DNA of 64,000 nucleotides from Limisphaerales bacterium (lineage in GTDB: Bacteria > Verrucomicrobiota > Verrucomicrobiia > Limisphaerales > SIBE01): NCBI GenBank assembly GCA_044225505.1, contig JBGAIN010000020.1, positions 1 through 64,000 on the forward strand, written 5' to 3'. This document shows, in pieces, positions 1 through 10,849 of the stretch; the stretch's first letter is position 1, and each line of letters opens with the position of its first letter. The notes below the pieces were generated by a model. That model had not been told where the DNA came from. It saw only the letters and a program-made list of their open reading frames with translations, and ran no database searches. Made by a program: the position numbers and the translations under genes.

Positions 1-1
1 C

Positions 2-139
2 ACCGCTGCTCATAACGACGTCTTGACCCATCTCTGCACCGAGTTGACCGACTCAGAAACGGAGTATCCTGGAACGAAACTAAGAATGGTTTTCGAGCCA
101 ATCGGGGCCAACGAAATTCCTCGAGATCCGGAAATCTGA
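2..139 (+). mobile_element. 3' end of a putative transposase gene (cut by the window edge)
   Basis: Frame 2 reads TAAHNDVLTHLCTELTDSETEYPGTKLRMVFEPIGANEIPRDPEI-stop (TGA 137-139). From memory this resembles the C-terminus of PVC-group putative transposases (LCxELxxxETx[YF]PGTxLR...PRDxE); not verified by search. Confidence 0.5.
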
Positions 140-213
140 AATTGCTCTTAAACCGATGAGATAAGGCATTTTGGCGTTCCGTTAAACGCTTCTGGATCAA
201 TTGATTACCTCTC

Positions 214-231
214 TGGTGACAAATGTCACCA
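214..231. promoter_or_regulatory. Perfect inverted repeat TGGTGACA-AA-TGTCACCA, possible operator
   Basis: 8-bp arms and a 2-nt spacer in non-coding DNA, followed by a short direct repeat (ACCAAACCTT x2). Confidence 0.35.
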
Positions 232-648
232 AACCTTACCAAACCTTCCCATGTCACGATCCGGCGAAAGATTGGTTCGAGGCGTCCCGACATTACTAGC
301 ACCTGACGGAGCTCAGCCCACATCAGTCGCAACGCCAGAGCGCCTTTTGGGAACGCGCGGCCCAGTGACTGTGTGGCCGCACTGGCCCCTCCAGTTGGGG
401 CCGGACCGTTCCCAAACCAGGCGTCAATTGGCCGATTTGTCGCGCCCTCCGTCAACAAATAGTTATCCTTTATCTTGCTCCTGATCTTAATCTTTCTCGG
501 GATCTTCCCGCACCTTAGTCCGCCGGTGATTCCCCCAACCTCATTGTGAACCATCACATCCAGCCACCGCTGGCGATCGAGGTCCGCGGGATCGCCCCAG
601 TGCGGTGTCGCGAAGGCGTAACCGAATCCAGGAGCCGTTTGCTCCTGG

Positions 649-865
649 TGTCCGGGAGCGTTTTACCAGTTGATCCGTCGAGGGAATTGACGTGAACGGA
701 TCCTCGTGGATGACCAAAATCGACGGAAGTTCCTGGAGACCCTCCGGCAAGTCTGCCAGGCGACCGGGTGGGAGAGGCATGCGTATTGCCTGATGAAAAA
801 TCACTTCCACGCGGTGGTGGAGAGACCGAAGCCAGCCTGGTCGATGGCATGAAGGGGTGTTTGAA
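649..865 (+). pseudogene. Decayed REP-associated tyrosine transposase (RAYT, IS200/IS605-type HuH/Y1), N-terminal fragment
   Basis: Translation CPGAFYQLIRRGN*RERILVDDQNRRKFLETLRQVCQATGWERHAYCLMKNHFHAVVERP, then a frameshift to ASLVDGMKG. It carries the RAYT AYCLMxNHxH motif, an in-frame TGA at 688-690, and lacks the catalytic-Tyr half. Confidence 0.85.
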
Positions 866-1232
866 AGCTTGATGATGGGCGCTGCTGGCTCCGCCGCCGG
901 GTGTGCCCGGGAGTGGCTCAAGCAATCGTGAGGAACTTTTGCCAAACACCGCACATGTGTCTGCGGGACCGACTCCTGTCTGACGTTTTCGGAAAGCTAC
1001 GAGTATTGGCTCGTCAATAGCTTTAATCCCAGTCGGAGCGCGCAACTCGACCGCGATTGGCAACCAGGGGCGACCGTAACCTTGGATGCCGCCGGCGTTG
1101 GGGCAGTGCAACTGGATTCGAGCGACTCCAAGCGGCGCTTCTTTAGGCAATACTCAGGTGCGGGAAATTTCGAGCCTCGGTCCTTCGGCAAAAATCTGTG
1201 GCTATTGGCAAGGGCATTGCTATGGTGATGAT

Positions 1233-2123
1233 ATGCCAACGCCTGTTTTCAGTTCCACAGCGCCCTATTGGAGAACGTCGACTAGGAGGAGAGACGGATT
1301 CACCCTGATCGAGTTGTTGGTTGTTATTGCGATTATTGCCATTCTCGCTGGAATGCTTTTGCCCGCCTTATCTAAGGCTAAGAATAAGGCGACGGGAATC
1401 TCCTGCATGAACAACGTGAAGCAGATGATTTTGGCAGCCCAGATTTACGCGACAGATTTTGACGATAAATGGCCGGCCAACGGGCAAGGGGATCCAGCCG
1501 TGAACCTCGCTAACCCGCCCGCGAATTACGTGGCCACAGTGTGGGTCGAGGGACGCGAAGGCTCAAATCTTACCGACGAACAAACTGCCAGCGGGATGGT
1601 GTCGGACAAGGTTTCCTTGATCGCGCCGTATATGAAATCCAAAGGGAGTTTTCGCTGTCCCGGGGACAAAAAGGCAATTAAGCAAGGTAACAAATATTTC
1701 CTGCGACCTCGGAGTTACGGGATGAACACTTTTATGGCTTGGGAAGGGGCGATCTACCACAGCGAACCCAGCACGAAATATAGGGTGTTCAAGAAAACCA
1801 CTCACGTGACTCAGCCGAGCCAGTTTTTTGTCTTCGGTGAGATCCACCCCTTTAGCATTTGCCGACCGCAGTTTGGTGTGCATATGGACGGCAACAACGT
1901 CTACCATGTGCCAGGAAACTTCCATGGCAAGCCGTCCAACTTCGCGTTCGCGGATGGTCATGCGGAATCCCACAACTGGTCCAATTCGAAATTCAATGAC
2001 CCGAAACTTCCCGAGAGTGATGCGTTTTGGCACAGCCACGAATCACCGCGGCCTCGAGCGACTCCGGCTGAGATCCAGACCGACTTGACGTGGCTCAAAA
2101 CTCATACGACGGAGTTGCGGTGA
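1233..2123 (+). CDS. Prepilin-type N-terminal cleavage/methylation protein with C-terminal H-X9-DG motif (DUF1559-like)
   Basis: [29 protein letters not shown], plus CxNNxKQ, FRCPGD and [16 protein letters not shown] 1233 chosen as start over the ORF-track 1086. Confidence 0.92.
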   Translation: MPTPVFSSTAPYWRTSTRRRDGFTLIELLVVIAIIAILAGMLLPALSKAKNKATGISCMNNVKQMILAAQIYATDFDDKWPANGQGDPAVNLANPPANYVATVWVEGREGSNLTDEQTASGMVSDKVSLIAPYMKSKGSFRCPGDKKAIKQGNKYFLRPRSYGMNTFMAWEGAIYHSEPSTKYRVFKKTTHVTQPSQFFVFGEIHPFSICRPQFGVHMDGNNVYHVPGNFHGKPSNFAFADGHAESHNWSNSKFNDPKLPESDAFWHSHESPRPRATPAEIQTDLTWLKTHTTELR

Positions 2124-2269
2124 GCGGGTCTGCCGTTGCGGGTTGGTTGGATCAGAGCGCCTGAGGCGCGGCGGGGTCGTTGACTCCCCTTCGTGGTCCT
2201 GGCGCCGAGATTTAAGACGCCGTGCCTCTTTCCTGAGAGCTTGGTAATAGGAAATGCTCCCGCATTTTC

Positions 2270-5200
2270 CTAGGGCGCAATGATGACGCGGTAAAAGCGT
2301 GTGGCCGGTCCGGAGCGCGCCGCGCTGTTATCGGCAACTTCAACATCGCGTCCTGAGAGTGAAGGCGTGATTTGCGCCAGATCAATCCACTGCGCATTCG
2401 CGATGTTGTCGGCGTATTGAACGAGGTAGCTGACGTCGGGCTCGGCTCGGAAACGGAGGTTGAGTCTGGTTGTAGCGTCGATCGCGACGGTCAACGCGAA
2501 ATGGCTAAGAGCATCGTGTGGATCGGTGCCCATGTGAAACTCGTCCAGGTTGGACGCCCCATCTCCATCAGCGTCGAGGAGGGCGTCTGCGGGTGAACTT
2601 GGGTTCAACTTGTGAGTGATTTCCCACGAGTCACTCATGCCATCCTGATCCCTATCGACTATTCGTCGGGAATTAGATGTTCCTGGCGTCGCGCCGTCGG
2701 GAAAACGCTTGATTTGACCGGCCCCATCCGGAAAACGACCTTCGGAAATGGAATCCCGCTGCGCCACGTAATCCACGGAGTCGACGATTTGGCCGGAAGG
2801 ATTGAGCAGTCGAAGCGTCTCGCCGAGTCGATCGAGTTTGAAGGCTAAGTGATTGCCAGCGTTGACGTCCGCATCGTCCGTGTGAAAACTCACAAAGGCC
2901 CTAGGAGCGATAAACGTCAAGGCGGCAATTCTCCGGTTTGTGGATCCGAAGATCGATGGATCGTCCGTCAATACCCAGCCGCCCAGGCTGACGGGTAATG
3001 CCGCGGGATTGTAGAGTTCGACGAAATCGTTGGTGCCGCCGCCGGCCAGCCATTCATTGATGCGCAACTCGCTCCCAGCGTCGAGCGCTGCGGGTTGGCC
3101 GTTGGCCGAGCCGAGTGAGGGAGCATCGAGCAGGACCCAATCAGAGCCGACGCGACCTATCGAACGATCTCGAAGTTGCGGACCATACGCCACGCGATCG
3201 TGCATGCGGCCGAACGTATCGCGTAATACGAGTGTTGCGCCTTCATTGGGTAGTTCTTGAGGAACAGAGAGGGCGTTGGGAACGGCGAGACCAGGGAACG
3301 TTCCTGCACCGAAACTGAGCGCCAGTCGCGCGCGCGGTGCGAGGGACGTGTTCTGGGGGAGCGGCCACCGGAAGTTGGGACCGGTGGCGGTCTGCAACTC
3401 CAATGTCCAAGCGTCGAGCGCCATTACGGCAGGGCTAATATTTTCGAGTTCCAATGAATCTGCTCCAGAAGATGCGAGCGCCAGAATCTCCGAGATGCGC
3501 ACGTCCGTGCCGAGATTCACGCGATCATTGCTTCCGCCCCGCGTGGGGGTATAGGGCAGGGGTTGCATGGTGCCAGTCCCGTCCGGGAGCCGGCCCATGG
3601 AAGTGCCGGGCGATTGAGTTGTGTAAACCACACGATCGAGTTCCTGGCCGGACGGAGCGATGAACGTGATAGACCCGCCCGCGGCAGGAAACTTTAAGTT
3701 GAGATGACCAGGAATCGGGCTGTCATCCGCCCAGAGTACGACAAAGTTCGTCGGCCCGACAAAAACAGGCGTCAGAACTTGAGCGATCGCATTGCTCGTG
3801 ACGAGAGTGCAGCCGAAAAGGCTGACGGGAGCTGAGGATCCATTGTAGAATTCAATCCAGTCACCGCCCGATTCCGGGGACGCCATGAACTCATTGATCG
3901 TGAGTTGCGAAAGGTCGCCAAGATCTGCCGGTCGATTCACTCCCGCAGGAGTAGGCGAGCAGAGTGTCCAGCGACCGTCCACTTGGCCGAGCGTGAAGCC
4001 ATCCAGAGCTGGACCGAACGAAACAATGTCCTGGCGTTCGCCATCAGGGCTGTAAAGAGCGATGGTTTCACCGTCGCGATCGAGTTGAAAGGGAGCAACC
4101 GAGAGGTCCGCAACCGCATCGCGACGGCATTTGACTTGCAGGTAACCGTCCGCGGGCAACGCGGGTGTGCCTGGGGGGAAGACGAACTGCCGAGGACTAG
4201 GGTCATCGCTCAATGACCATCCTTCGATACGAACAGGCGCGGCGGAACGATTATGGAGTTCGATCCAATCGTCATTGCTTCCAGCGGACAACTCGCAGAT
4301 TTCAAGGACTGAACGGAGAGGGACACTGTTCGGGCTGCCCGGAGTGCCTCCGAGGATGCTAGCATGCCAATTGGCAGGATCATTAGGATCGCCTGCTAGA
4401 TTGGTCAGCTCCAGGGCACTACCAGCGCCATCCGCGGCGGCCGGCCACGGAGCTTGGTCTTTATACTCAACCGAGGTAACGAGGCGCCCTTCCGAATCCA
4501 ACAGGCGGATGCGTTCGCCTCCGTTGCTCAAAGAACCGCCGAACCAGCCCGCAACCCTGGCTTGAGGGTATTGCCTTTGAAAATCCGCCGGACGCGCGTC
4601 GCTAGCCAAAATGAGTGATTCACCGGGTTCCAGGATGGGGAAGGGGATCGGAAAACGGAATTGGACACCCTCAAAACGATAACCGCTGAGGTCGACCGGA
4701 AGCGCGCCGGTATTGCGGAGTTCGATATATTCGAACGCGTCGCCCCCCAACGGGTGATACATAATCTCACTGATACGAAGAGGGTTTGCTTCGGTCGTTG
4801 TCCTGAACGTAGCGTCGACCAAGGCACTCCAATTGGTTCCATCCAGCGAACGTGCCAGGATGTGCATGGGTTGGGCAACGGTCAGCGGGGATCGATATTC
4901 GCGGCTGGCCGGGGCGACGGAGCCGGAAAACGCCACTCTGGGATCAGTGCCGTTGGTCGTAAACCAGATGGCTCCTGACAGATTTTGCAGAGTGAGACTA
5001 AAACCCGGGCGGACTGGACCACCGAATTGGGAAAGCGTGGGAGCATTGGAAGAGGCGAGCAGGCCAGCTCGTTGAAAGCTGTTCGTGACGTAGCGGCGAC
5101 GCGCGGTGATCCACGGGCCAATCACGTCGTTGAAATTCGCGATGGCCGGAGCGACTTGACCTTTCAAAGCGCTATACCGCGTGCGGATGCGCGGATCCGT

Positions 5201-7563
5201 GAGCGGCCCGTCGTTGAAAAAAGCGCGATGAACGCGATCGGCAAAGAGGAGTTTGAATTCCGGAGCCTTCTTAAGCGAGTTGAAAATGGCTTGATAGTCC
5301 GTGGTTCCCCAGGGCGGATTGACGCTGGATAATGTGTTTGCGAGGGTGTCATAGCTCACCGGGTGGCCCGTGAACGCAAACTCCGCATCCCACGGGTAGA
5401 ATCGAAACGGAGCACCTGCTTTTTTCTCACGAGCAGCGCGAGTGTTGTTATGCGGCCAATCATCGTTGTCCGCCCACAAAAGCGGGAGCAAGTAGTCAAT
5501 GAAATTGGGCAGATCCATCCGCGCTGCCACATCCAGGTAATTCGTCAAGACGGTGAGGTCCTTTCGCGCCGCTGCCCGTAATTGCGTCCAGGCGGTTGTG
5601 TCCCCGCGAATCGCAGCGCTGTTCGGTCCCATGACATCCCAGAGTTCGGCCCCGCCGCGGTAAGCTTGCAAAAAATCGTCGTCGACCCGCTCGCACGGAT
5701 TGTATAGGCCCTTATAAACGCCGTTGAGGAACAGATAGACAAAGGTCCCATGGCACGCTGGGATTCCCACGTCCAAACTCAAGGCCCGAATGAACTCGTC
5801 CTTCAAAAACGGGTTGCTGGGGTCGTTCATTCCCGCCCGAAGATGAAGTGTGTTGTACGAATCCAAGGTGGAGGCCGGAAAGACAGGGTATTTCAATTGG
5901 CCCGCCCCATAGTCCCCTCGAAAGTAAAGGCGAAAGGAATACTTGCCCTCGGGTGGCGACTGGACCCGATAATTGTAGCGTTGTCGGATGTAATCGCCGC
6001 CGGCCACCCGGAGTCCAGCGTCCATTTGGAAACCGTCGTTATCTTCGGGGCGAATCCATTCAACGGAAGTGGGCCGCTCCCACGCGGCTCCGTGCTTCGT
6101 CGTGTTTCGCGGACTATACTCCATGATACCGCTCCGGCCGTAAAGATTGTTGGTCGCGGTCACCAGCGACAACACGGGAAGCAAGCGGCGATTGTTGGCC
6201 AGGTTTAACAAGTAGGTGTGGGTTGCGATCCCGGCTGGCAGCCGGTTGGGAGCAAAAGCGCTCGCTCGAACAACACGCGTGTTGGCGATGGAAATAGGGG
6301 ACAGATACACCGTACCGTTGGTGGTCGTCGGAGGGCTACCATCGAGCGTATACCGAATTTCCGCGTCCGGCGTCTTGCTCGCCAGACTAAGGGTAAAGGG
6401 CGCATTGAAAAAGCCTCGTTCGACCGAGAAGTGAACGGCTTCGACGCGGCCAGTGATCGTGCTGAGCGAATTTGCTTGAGTTGGGGTGGGGGGCGCGAAA
6501 TACCGCCAGGCGACGCCTGCGGCGTCGATTTGTCGGCCGTAAGAATAGTTCGGGGACTCAGTCGTAACGTATCGCCATTCGGATTGAGCTTAAAGTTGGT
6601 ATGCAAGCTCCGGTAGAGGGGCGGTCCACTCCGGTCTTTCCCCGAAGCCCAAACGAGCAGGTAGCCGCGTGCTGGGAGGTTTACCGAAGGAAATACCCAT
6701 TGCCCCTCATCCTCGCGATCGACACTTAACGACCATCCTTCCAAGTTCACGGGCTGCTCGCCGCCGTTATAAAGTTCGATCCAGTCTTCCGGGTCCTTAT
6801 CTTCGTCGAGAAGTCCTGTTTGGTTCTCGGCGAGGATTTCGTTGATTATCACCGCGGGAATAGGCTTGAGCGGATCCACTGTGTAGCGCCAGGTTGCGCC
6901 TTTGAAGGCGTGCGGAATAGGTTCGTCCGTTGCAATCCCGTGCGCAGGGATCCATTCCAGCAGCGCTTGGCCCGCTGGCACCTGGGCAAATATGAATCGG
7001 TAAGGGCCAGCGCCAGTGCCGGATAAGCTCGTGGCAGCGATCCCATTCAGCTTCAGATCGGATGCATCGACTCCAGTGACCGGTTGGTCGAAACGAACTT
7101 CGACCTCGCTCAGTCGGTTGAGAACGGTTCCTGGAACAGGGATTTCCGACAACAACGTCGGACCAGCCGGATTGCTTAATTGATAGGCCCACGTGGCGCC
7201 AGCGAGACCGCCATCGAATCGCTGTGGTGGGTTGTTCAGATTAAAGATCGTATGGAGTGTCCCCCAAGAAATCTCCACCGGTCCATAAGGCGGTTGCGCA
7301 AATTGAAACGTATAACGAGCGCCCGCTCCCGTCACGCTTGTGGCGGGGACGCCATTGACCAGGAAGTCGACGGGAAGGACTCCGGTCACACTCTGGCTGA
7401 AGAAAACGGTGATCGAGCTGAGTTCTTCGACGAAGCCAGGCGCAGGAATCACTTGTAGAATCGTAGGGCCCGAAGATTGGGCATTGGCGCTGCGGTTGAC
7501 CTGGCCGCAAGAAAGTGCGGCCAAAATCACTAATCGCCAATAGACGAACGGCAAGATGCGCAT
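2270..7563 (-). pseudogene. Giant secreted lamin-tail-domain / CotH-kinase protein, interrupted by a frameshift at about 6551-6565 (real or assembly error)
   Basis: ORFs 6205-7752 and 2270-6310 are one gene. N-half: signal peptide (MRILPFVYW), two Ig-like repeats and an LTD (VIINEILAEN...DWIELYN...LHTNFKL). The other frame resumes at SPNYSYGR...IRYTLDGS, followed by a CotH kinase (GLYNPCER, DDWPHNN, PWDAE), five more LTDs, DxDxDG Ca-binding repeats and a C-terminal RFYRV. Confidence 0.85.
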
Positions 7564-7690
7564 GTGTATGTGAATCCAGGCAGTATGCGCACAATTGCAG
7601 AGTTGGTCAAAGCTCCTCGATCGGTCGGTAATCTCACTACTCGTCATTCTTCGCGCTTGCGCCCTAGAGCCGACCGTAGACAATGGAGTT

Positions 7691-9586
7691 ATGCGCAAGA
7701 TGGGAAGGGTAATGTTCGGGCTCGTGACCTTGAGCTTGGTCAGTCCTATCACGATTCGAGCTCAGTCGGCCAGCAATGCGGACGCGGCATGGCTCGCGGA
7801 ACGATACACAAAATACGAATACAAAATCCCCATGCGCGACGGAGTCAGACTTTTCACAAGGGTTTACGCCCCGAAAGACGATTCGCAGACCTGGCCGATT
7901 TTACTGACCCGAACGCCCTATGCGCTAAAGCCATACGGCACGGACAATTATAATGATGCGGGCGGCTCATTTCGGACGCTTGCGGAGGACAAGTTCATTT
8001 TAGTTACCCAGGACGTGCGGGGACGGTACGGCTCCGAAGGAGAGTACGAACATGTGCGTCCTTTTAACCCAACCAAGGGGCCCAAAGACACCGATGAAGC
8101 TTCAGATGCCTACGACACGATCGACTGGTTAGTCCACCATGTGCCGAACAACAATGGCAATGTGGGAATGTTTGGTATTTCCTACCCGGGCTTTTACACC
8201 TCCATGGGCATGATCGATTCTCACCCCGCGCTCAAGGCGGCCTCTCCGCAAGCGCCAATTGCCGATTGGTTTATGGGAGACGACCTCCATCATAACGGGG
8301 CTTTTTTCTTATCCCAGAACTTTGGGTTCTTCTATTACTTTGCACAACGAGCGGAGGATCCGCTCCATGAGGACGTCAAATCGTTCAATTTTCCAACCCC
8401 AGATGGCTACGATTTCTATTTGCGGATGGGGCCACTCGTGAACTCGGATCGGCAGTGGTTGAAAGGAAGGTCGCCTGAGTGGACCGAGTTTCTCAGACAC
8501 TCGACCTATGATGCATTTTGGCAGGCCAGAAATATCCGCCCGCATCTAAAGAACATTCATTGCGCGGTGATGACTGTGGCAGGATGGTACGATGCCGAAG
8601 ACCTCTTTGGACCCCTCGAGACTTACCGGTGGACCGAGCGGCAAAACCCTGGGATCACTAATACGCTCGTCATCGGTCCCTGGGCACATGGAGGATGGTC
8701 CCGGAGCGACGGCGACAAACTTGGCGACATCAATTTTCGATCGAAAACCGCCGAATTTTACCGACAAAAAATTGAGTTGCCCTTTTTCCGGCACTTCCTC
8801 AAAGGCGACACTAATTACACCCCTACCGAAGCGTACGTCTTCGAGACGGGGACGCATCAATGGCGGCGCTTTGATGCGTGGCCACCGACAGCCGCGCGGT
8901 CGCGCACGCTCTTTTTTGGTCCGGAGGGTTCTTTAACGTTCAAAGCCCCAAGCGGTGGCACGGAAGGCTTCGACGAATACGTCAGCGATCCAGCCAAGCC
9001 TGTGCCCTTCACTCAGGAAGTGACGACGGATTACCCGCGCTCTTATCCGACTCATGACCAGCGATTTGCCGCAACGCGACCTGATGTCTTGGTGTTTCAG
9101 ACCGAGCCATTGGATGACGATCTGACGGTGGCGGGGCCGTTGGAAGCGACTCTTCACGTGTCCACTACCGGAAGCGATTCGGACTGGGTCGTAAAGCTGA
9201 TCGATGTCTATGCAGGCGATTTTCCGGACCCAAACCCTAACCCATCCCACGTGCGGATGGGAGGATACCAGCAGCTTGTGCGAGGCGATGTGTTTCGTGG
9301 GAAGTTTCGAAAAAGTTTTGAGCAGCCCGAGCCATTTACCCCGGGAGAACTTTCCAAAGTCAAGTTCACTGTGCCGGATGTCCTGCATACCTTTCGGCGG
9401 GGGCACCGGGTTATGGTCCAAGTCCAGAGCTCATGGTTCCCGCTCGTTGATCGCAATCCCCAGACCTTCGTCAACATCCCAACGGCAAAGGCCGAAGATT
9501 TCCAGAAAGCAACTCAACGCGTCTACCGTTCTGCAACCGCGCCTTCGGGGATTACCGTGCAAGTCTTGCCGACCTGGAAGCCCTGA
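7691..9586 (+). CDS. CocE/NonD family hydrolase (alpha-amino acid ester hydrolase / X-Pro dipeptidyl-peptidase-like), secreted
   Basis: Signal peptide; IPMRDGVRL, RTPY, QDVRGRYGSEG, nucleophile GISYPG, GPWAHG and a PepX-type C-terminal domain. Confidence 0.92.
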   Translation: MRKMGRVMFGLVTLSLVSPITIRAQSASNADAAWLAERYTKYEYKIPMRDGVRLFTRVYAPKDDSQTWPILLTRTPYALKPYGTDNYNDAGGSFRTLAEDKFILVTQDVRGRYGSEGEYEHVRPFNPTKGPKDTDEASDAYDTIDWLVHHVPNNNGNVGMFGISYPGFYTSMGMIDSHPALKAASPQAPIADWFMGDDLHHNGAFFLSQNFGFFYYFAQRAEDPLHEDVKSFNFPTPDGYDFYLRMGPLVNSDRQWLKGRSPEWTEFLRHSTYDAFWQARNIRPHLKNIHCAVMTVAGWYDAEDLFGPLETYRWTERQNPGITNTLVIGPWAHGGWSRSDGDKLGDINFRSKTAEFYRQKIELPFFRHFLKGDTNYTPTEAYVFETGTHQWRRFDAWPPTAARSRTLFFGPEGSLTFKAPSGGTEGFDEYVSDPAKPVPFTQEVTTDYPRSYPTHDQRFAATRPDVLVFQTEPLDDDLTVAGPLEATLHVSTTGSDSDWVVKLIDVYAGDFPDPNPNPSHVRMGGYQQLVRGDVFRGKFRKSFEQPEPFTPGELSKVKFTVPDVLHTFRRGHRVMVQVQSSWFPLVDRNPQTFVNIPTAKAEDFQKATQRVYRSATAPSGITVQVLPTWKP

Positions 9587-9688
9587 ACGATCGATTGGAA
9601 GTGCCGCGAGCCATACCTTTTGGACCGCCAACAAAACGGTTTCCAGATGTGTTCTGATCTATTATGCTGATTCAGAAAGGAAGCCACT

Positions 9689-10180
9689 ATGAGCGATGCC
9701 AGCCAGGAGCAGGTTTTATTTAAGGGTTCATCATCCCCATTGATGAACCTTGGGACCTTTGTCCTCGGCACTCTAACGACCGTGGGCGCGTTTGTGGCGG
9801 CGTTCGTCGTGCCGCCTCCGTATTCCTACGCCCTTTTCGGCGTCGCGCTTCTCGCCCTGGTTTGGATGCTGGCCCGCTGGTTGTTGATTAAGGTGAGGGT
9901 CTACGAGGTGACGACCGAACGCATTCGCATCACGGATGGTGTCGTCACGCGTCGCACCGACGAACTCGAATTGTATCGAGTGAAAGATACCACTCTTCTT
10001 GAACCGCTCCTGCTCCGGCTCTTCTCGTTGGGCCATCTGGAGATTACGACGAATGACACATCGACCCCTTTGATCCGGCTCGAGGCGGTCCAGAATGTCC
10101 GTTCCTTGCGTGAAGATCTCCGCAAAGCCGTAGAGGTTTGTCGAGATCGAAAAAGGGTGCGGCTTGCCGAACTCGAATAG
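9689..10180 (+). CDS. Membrane protein with bacterial PH domain (bPH_2/DUF304-like)
   Basis: Two TM helices, then YEVTTERIRITDGVVTRRTDELELYRVKD...LRLFSLG. Confidence 0.85.
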   Translation: MSDASQEQVLFKGSSSPLMNLGTFVLGTLTTVGAFVAAFVVPPPYSYALFGVALLALVWMLARWLLIKVRVYEVTTERIRITDGVVTRRTDELELYRVKDTTLLEPLLLRLFSLGHLEITTNDTSTPLIRLEAVQNVRSLREDLRKAVEVCRDRKRVRLAELE

Positions 10181-10267
10181 CAGCCGTGACGGGCGGGGAT
10201 GGCGAGGGTTGAGGCACCTGGGAATCTTGAGTCGAGCGGTTCTCGCCGAAGTCTATCGCAGTGGTCC

Positions 10268-10834
10268 ATGCGGCAGCGTTCGAGAATTCTAATAGTTGTT
10301 GCCGCGGTGGTGTTGCTATTCGCCGCCACCCGATGGCTGGTTGCGCCCCAACCTCCGGCCTCTGCTTGTCACCTCACTATGCTTCCTCTGGGGAGAAGCA
10401 ATACGATCGCCGGCGCTTCCGTGATGATTCTGGGATTGACCAATGACGGTCGCCGCGCCGTGCAAGTGCTACCGGTCTTCGGCATTGAACTCGAGCCCCT
10501 GTCGGCCCAAACGGGCCTGAGCGGTGCCGTGCCAGGGGGAATTAAGACGTTACACCCTGGAGACCTCTGGACATTCACGGTGCCGCTTCCATTCAACGTC
10601 AAAGGGGCTTGGCGAATCTTCTTCCGCTACTGGGAGGAACGGACTTTGATCAGAGAGTTTAGCCACTTTTGTCTTAAGTTCACCGGATTGGCTCGGCGAG
10701 AAGACCCATCCTTTATCGCTTACACCGATTGGATGCGGGGAGGTTCGTCGAAACGTGCCGTTGCTCGAGACACACGTGAGGCGGAAATCCCGAGCGTAGA
10801 GTTGCCTCGGGATGGTGTTCCGAAGGAGCGTTAG
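10268..10834 (+). CDS. Hypothetical membrane-anchored protein
   Basis: N-terminal hydrophobic helix followed by a beta-rich segment; co-oriented with the upstream genes. Start uncertain (10199 or 10268). Confidence 0.55.
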   Translation: MRQRSRILIVVAAVVLLFAATRWLVAPQPPASACHLTMLPLGRSNTIAGASVMILGLTNDGRRAVQVLPVFGIELEPLSAQTGLSGAVPGGIKTLHPGDLWTFTVPLPFNVKGAWRIFFRYWEERTLIREFSHFCLKFTGLARREDPSFIAYTDWMRGGSSKRAVARDTREAEIPSVELPRDGVPKER

Positions 10835-10849
10835 CAGAAGGATTGAATG

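Noticed and set aside
1030..1145. Possible REP palindrome downstream of the RAYT fragment
   Set aside because: GC-rich partial inverted repeats only; I could not define a clean stem or a second copy in the window.
541..1239. ORF-track ORFs 541-954, 554-1150 and 997-1239 on the minus strand
   Set aside because: No motifs; the first two are antisense shadows of the RAYT pseudogene and the third lies in intergenic DNA upstream of the pilin-like gene.
6205..6550. C-terminal tail of the 515-aa ORF (SPRTILTADK...)
   Set aside because: Out-of-frame read-through after the frameshift; the real coding frame here is that of the 1346-aa ORF.
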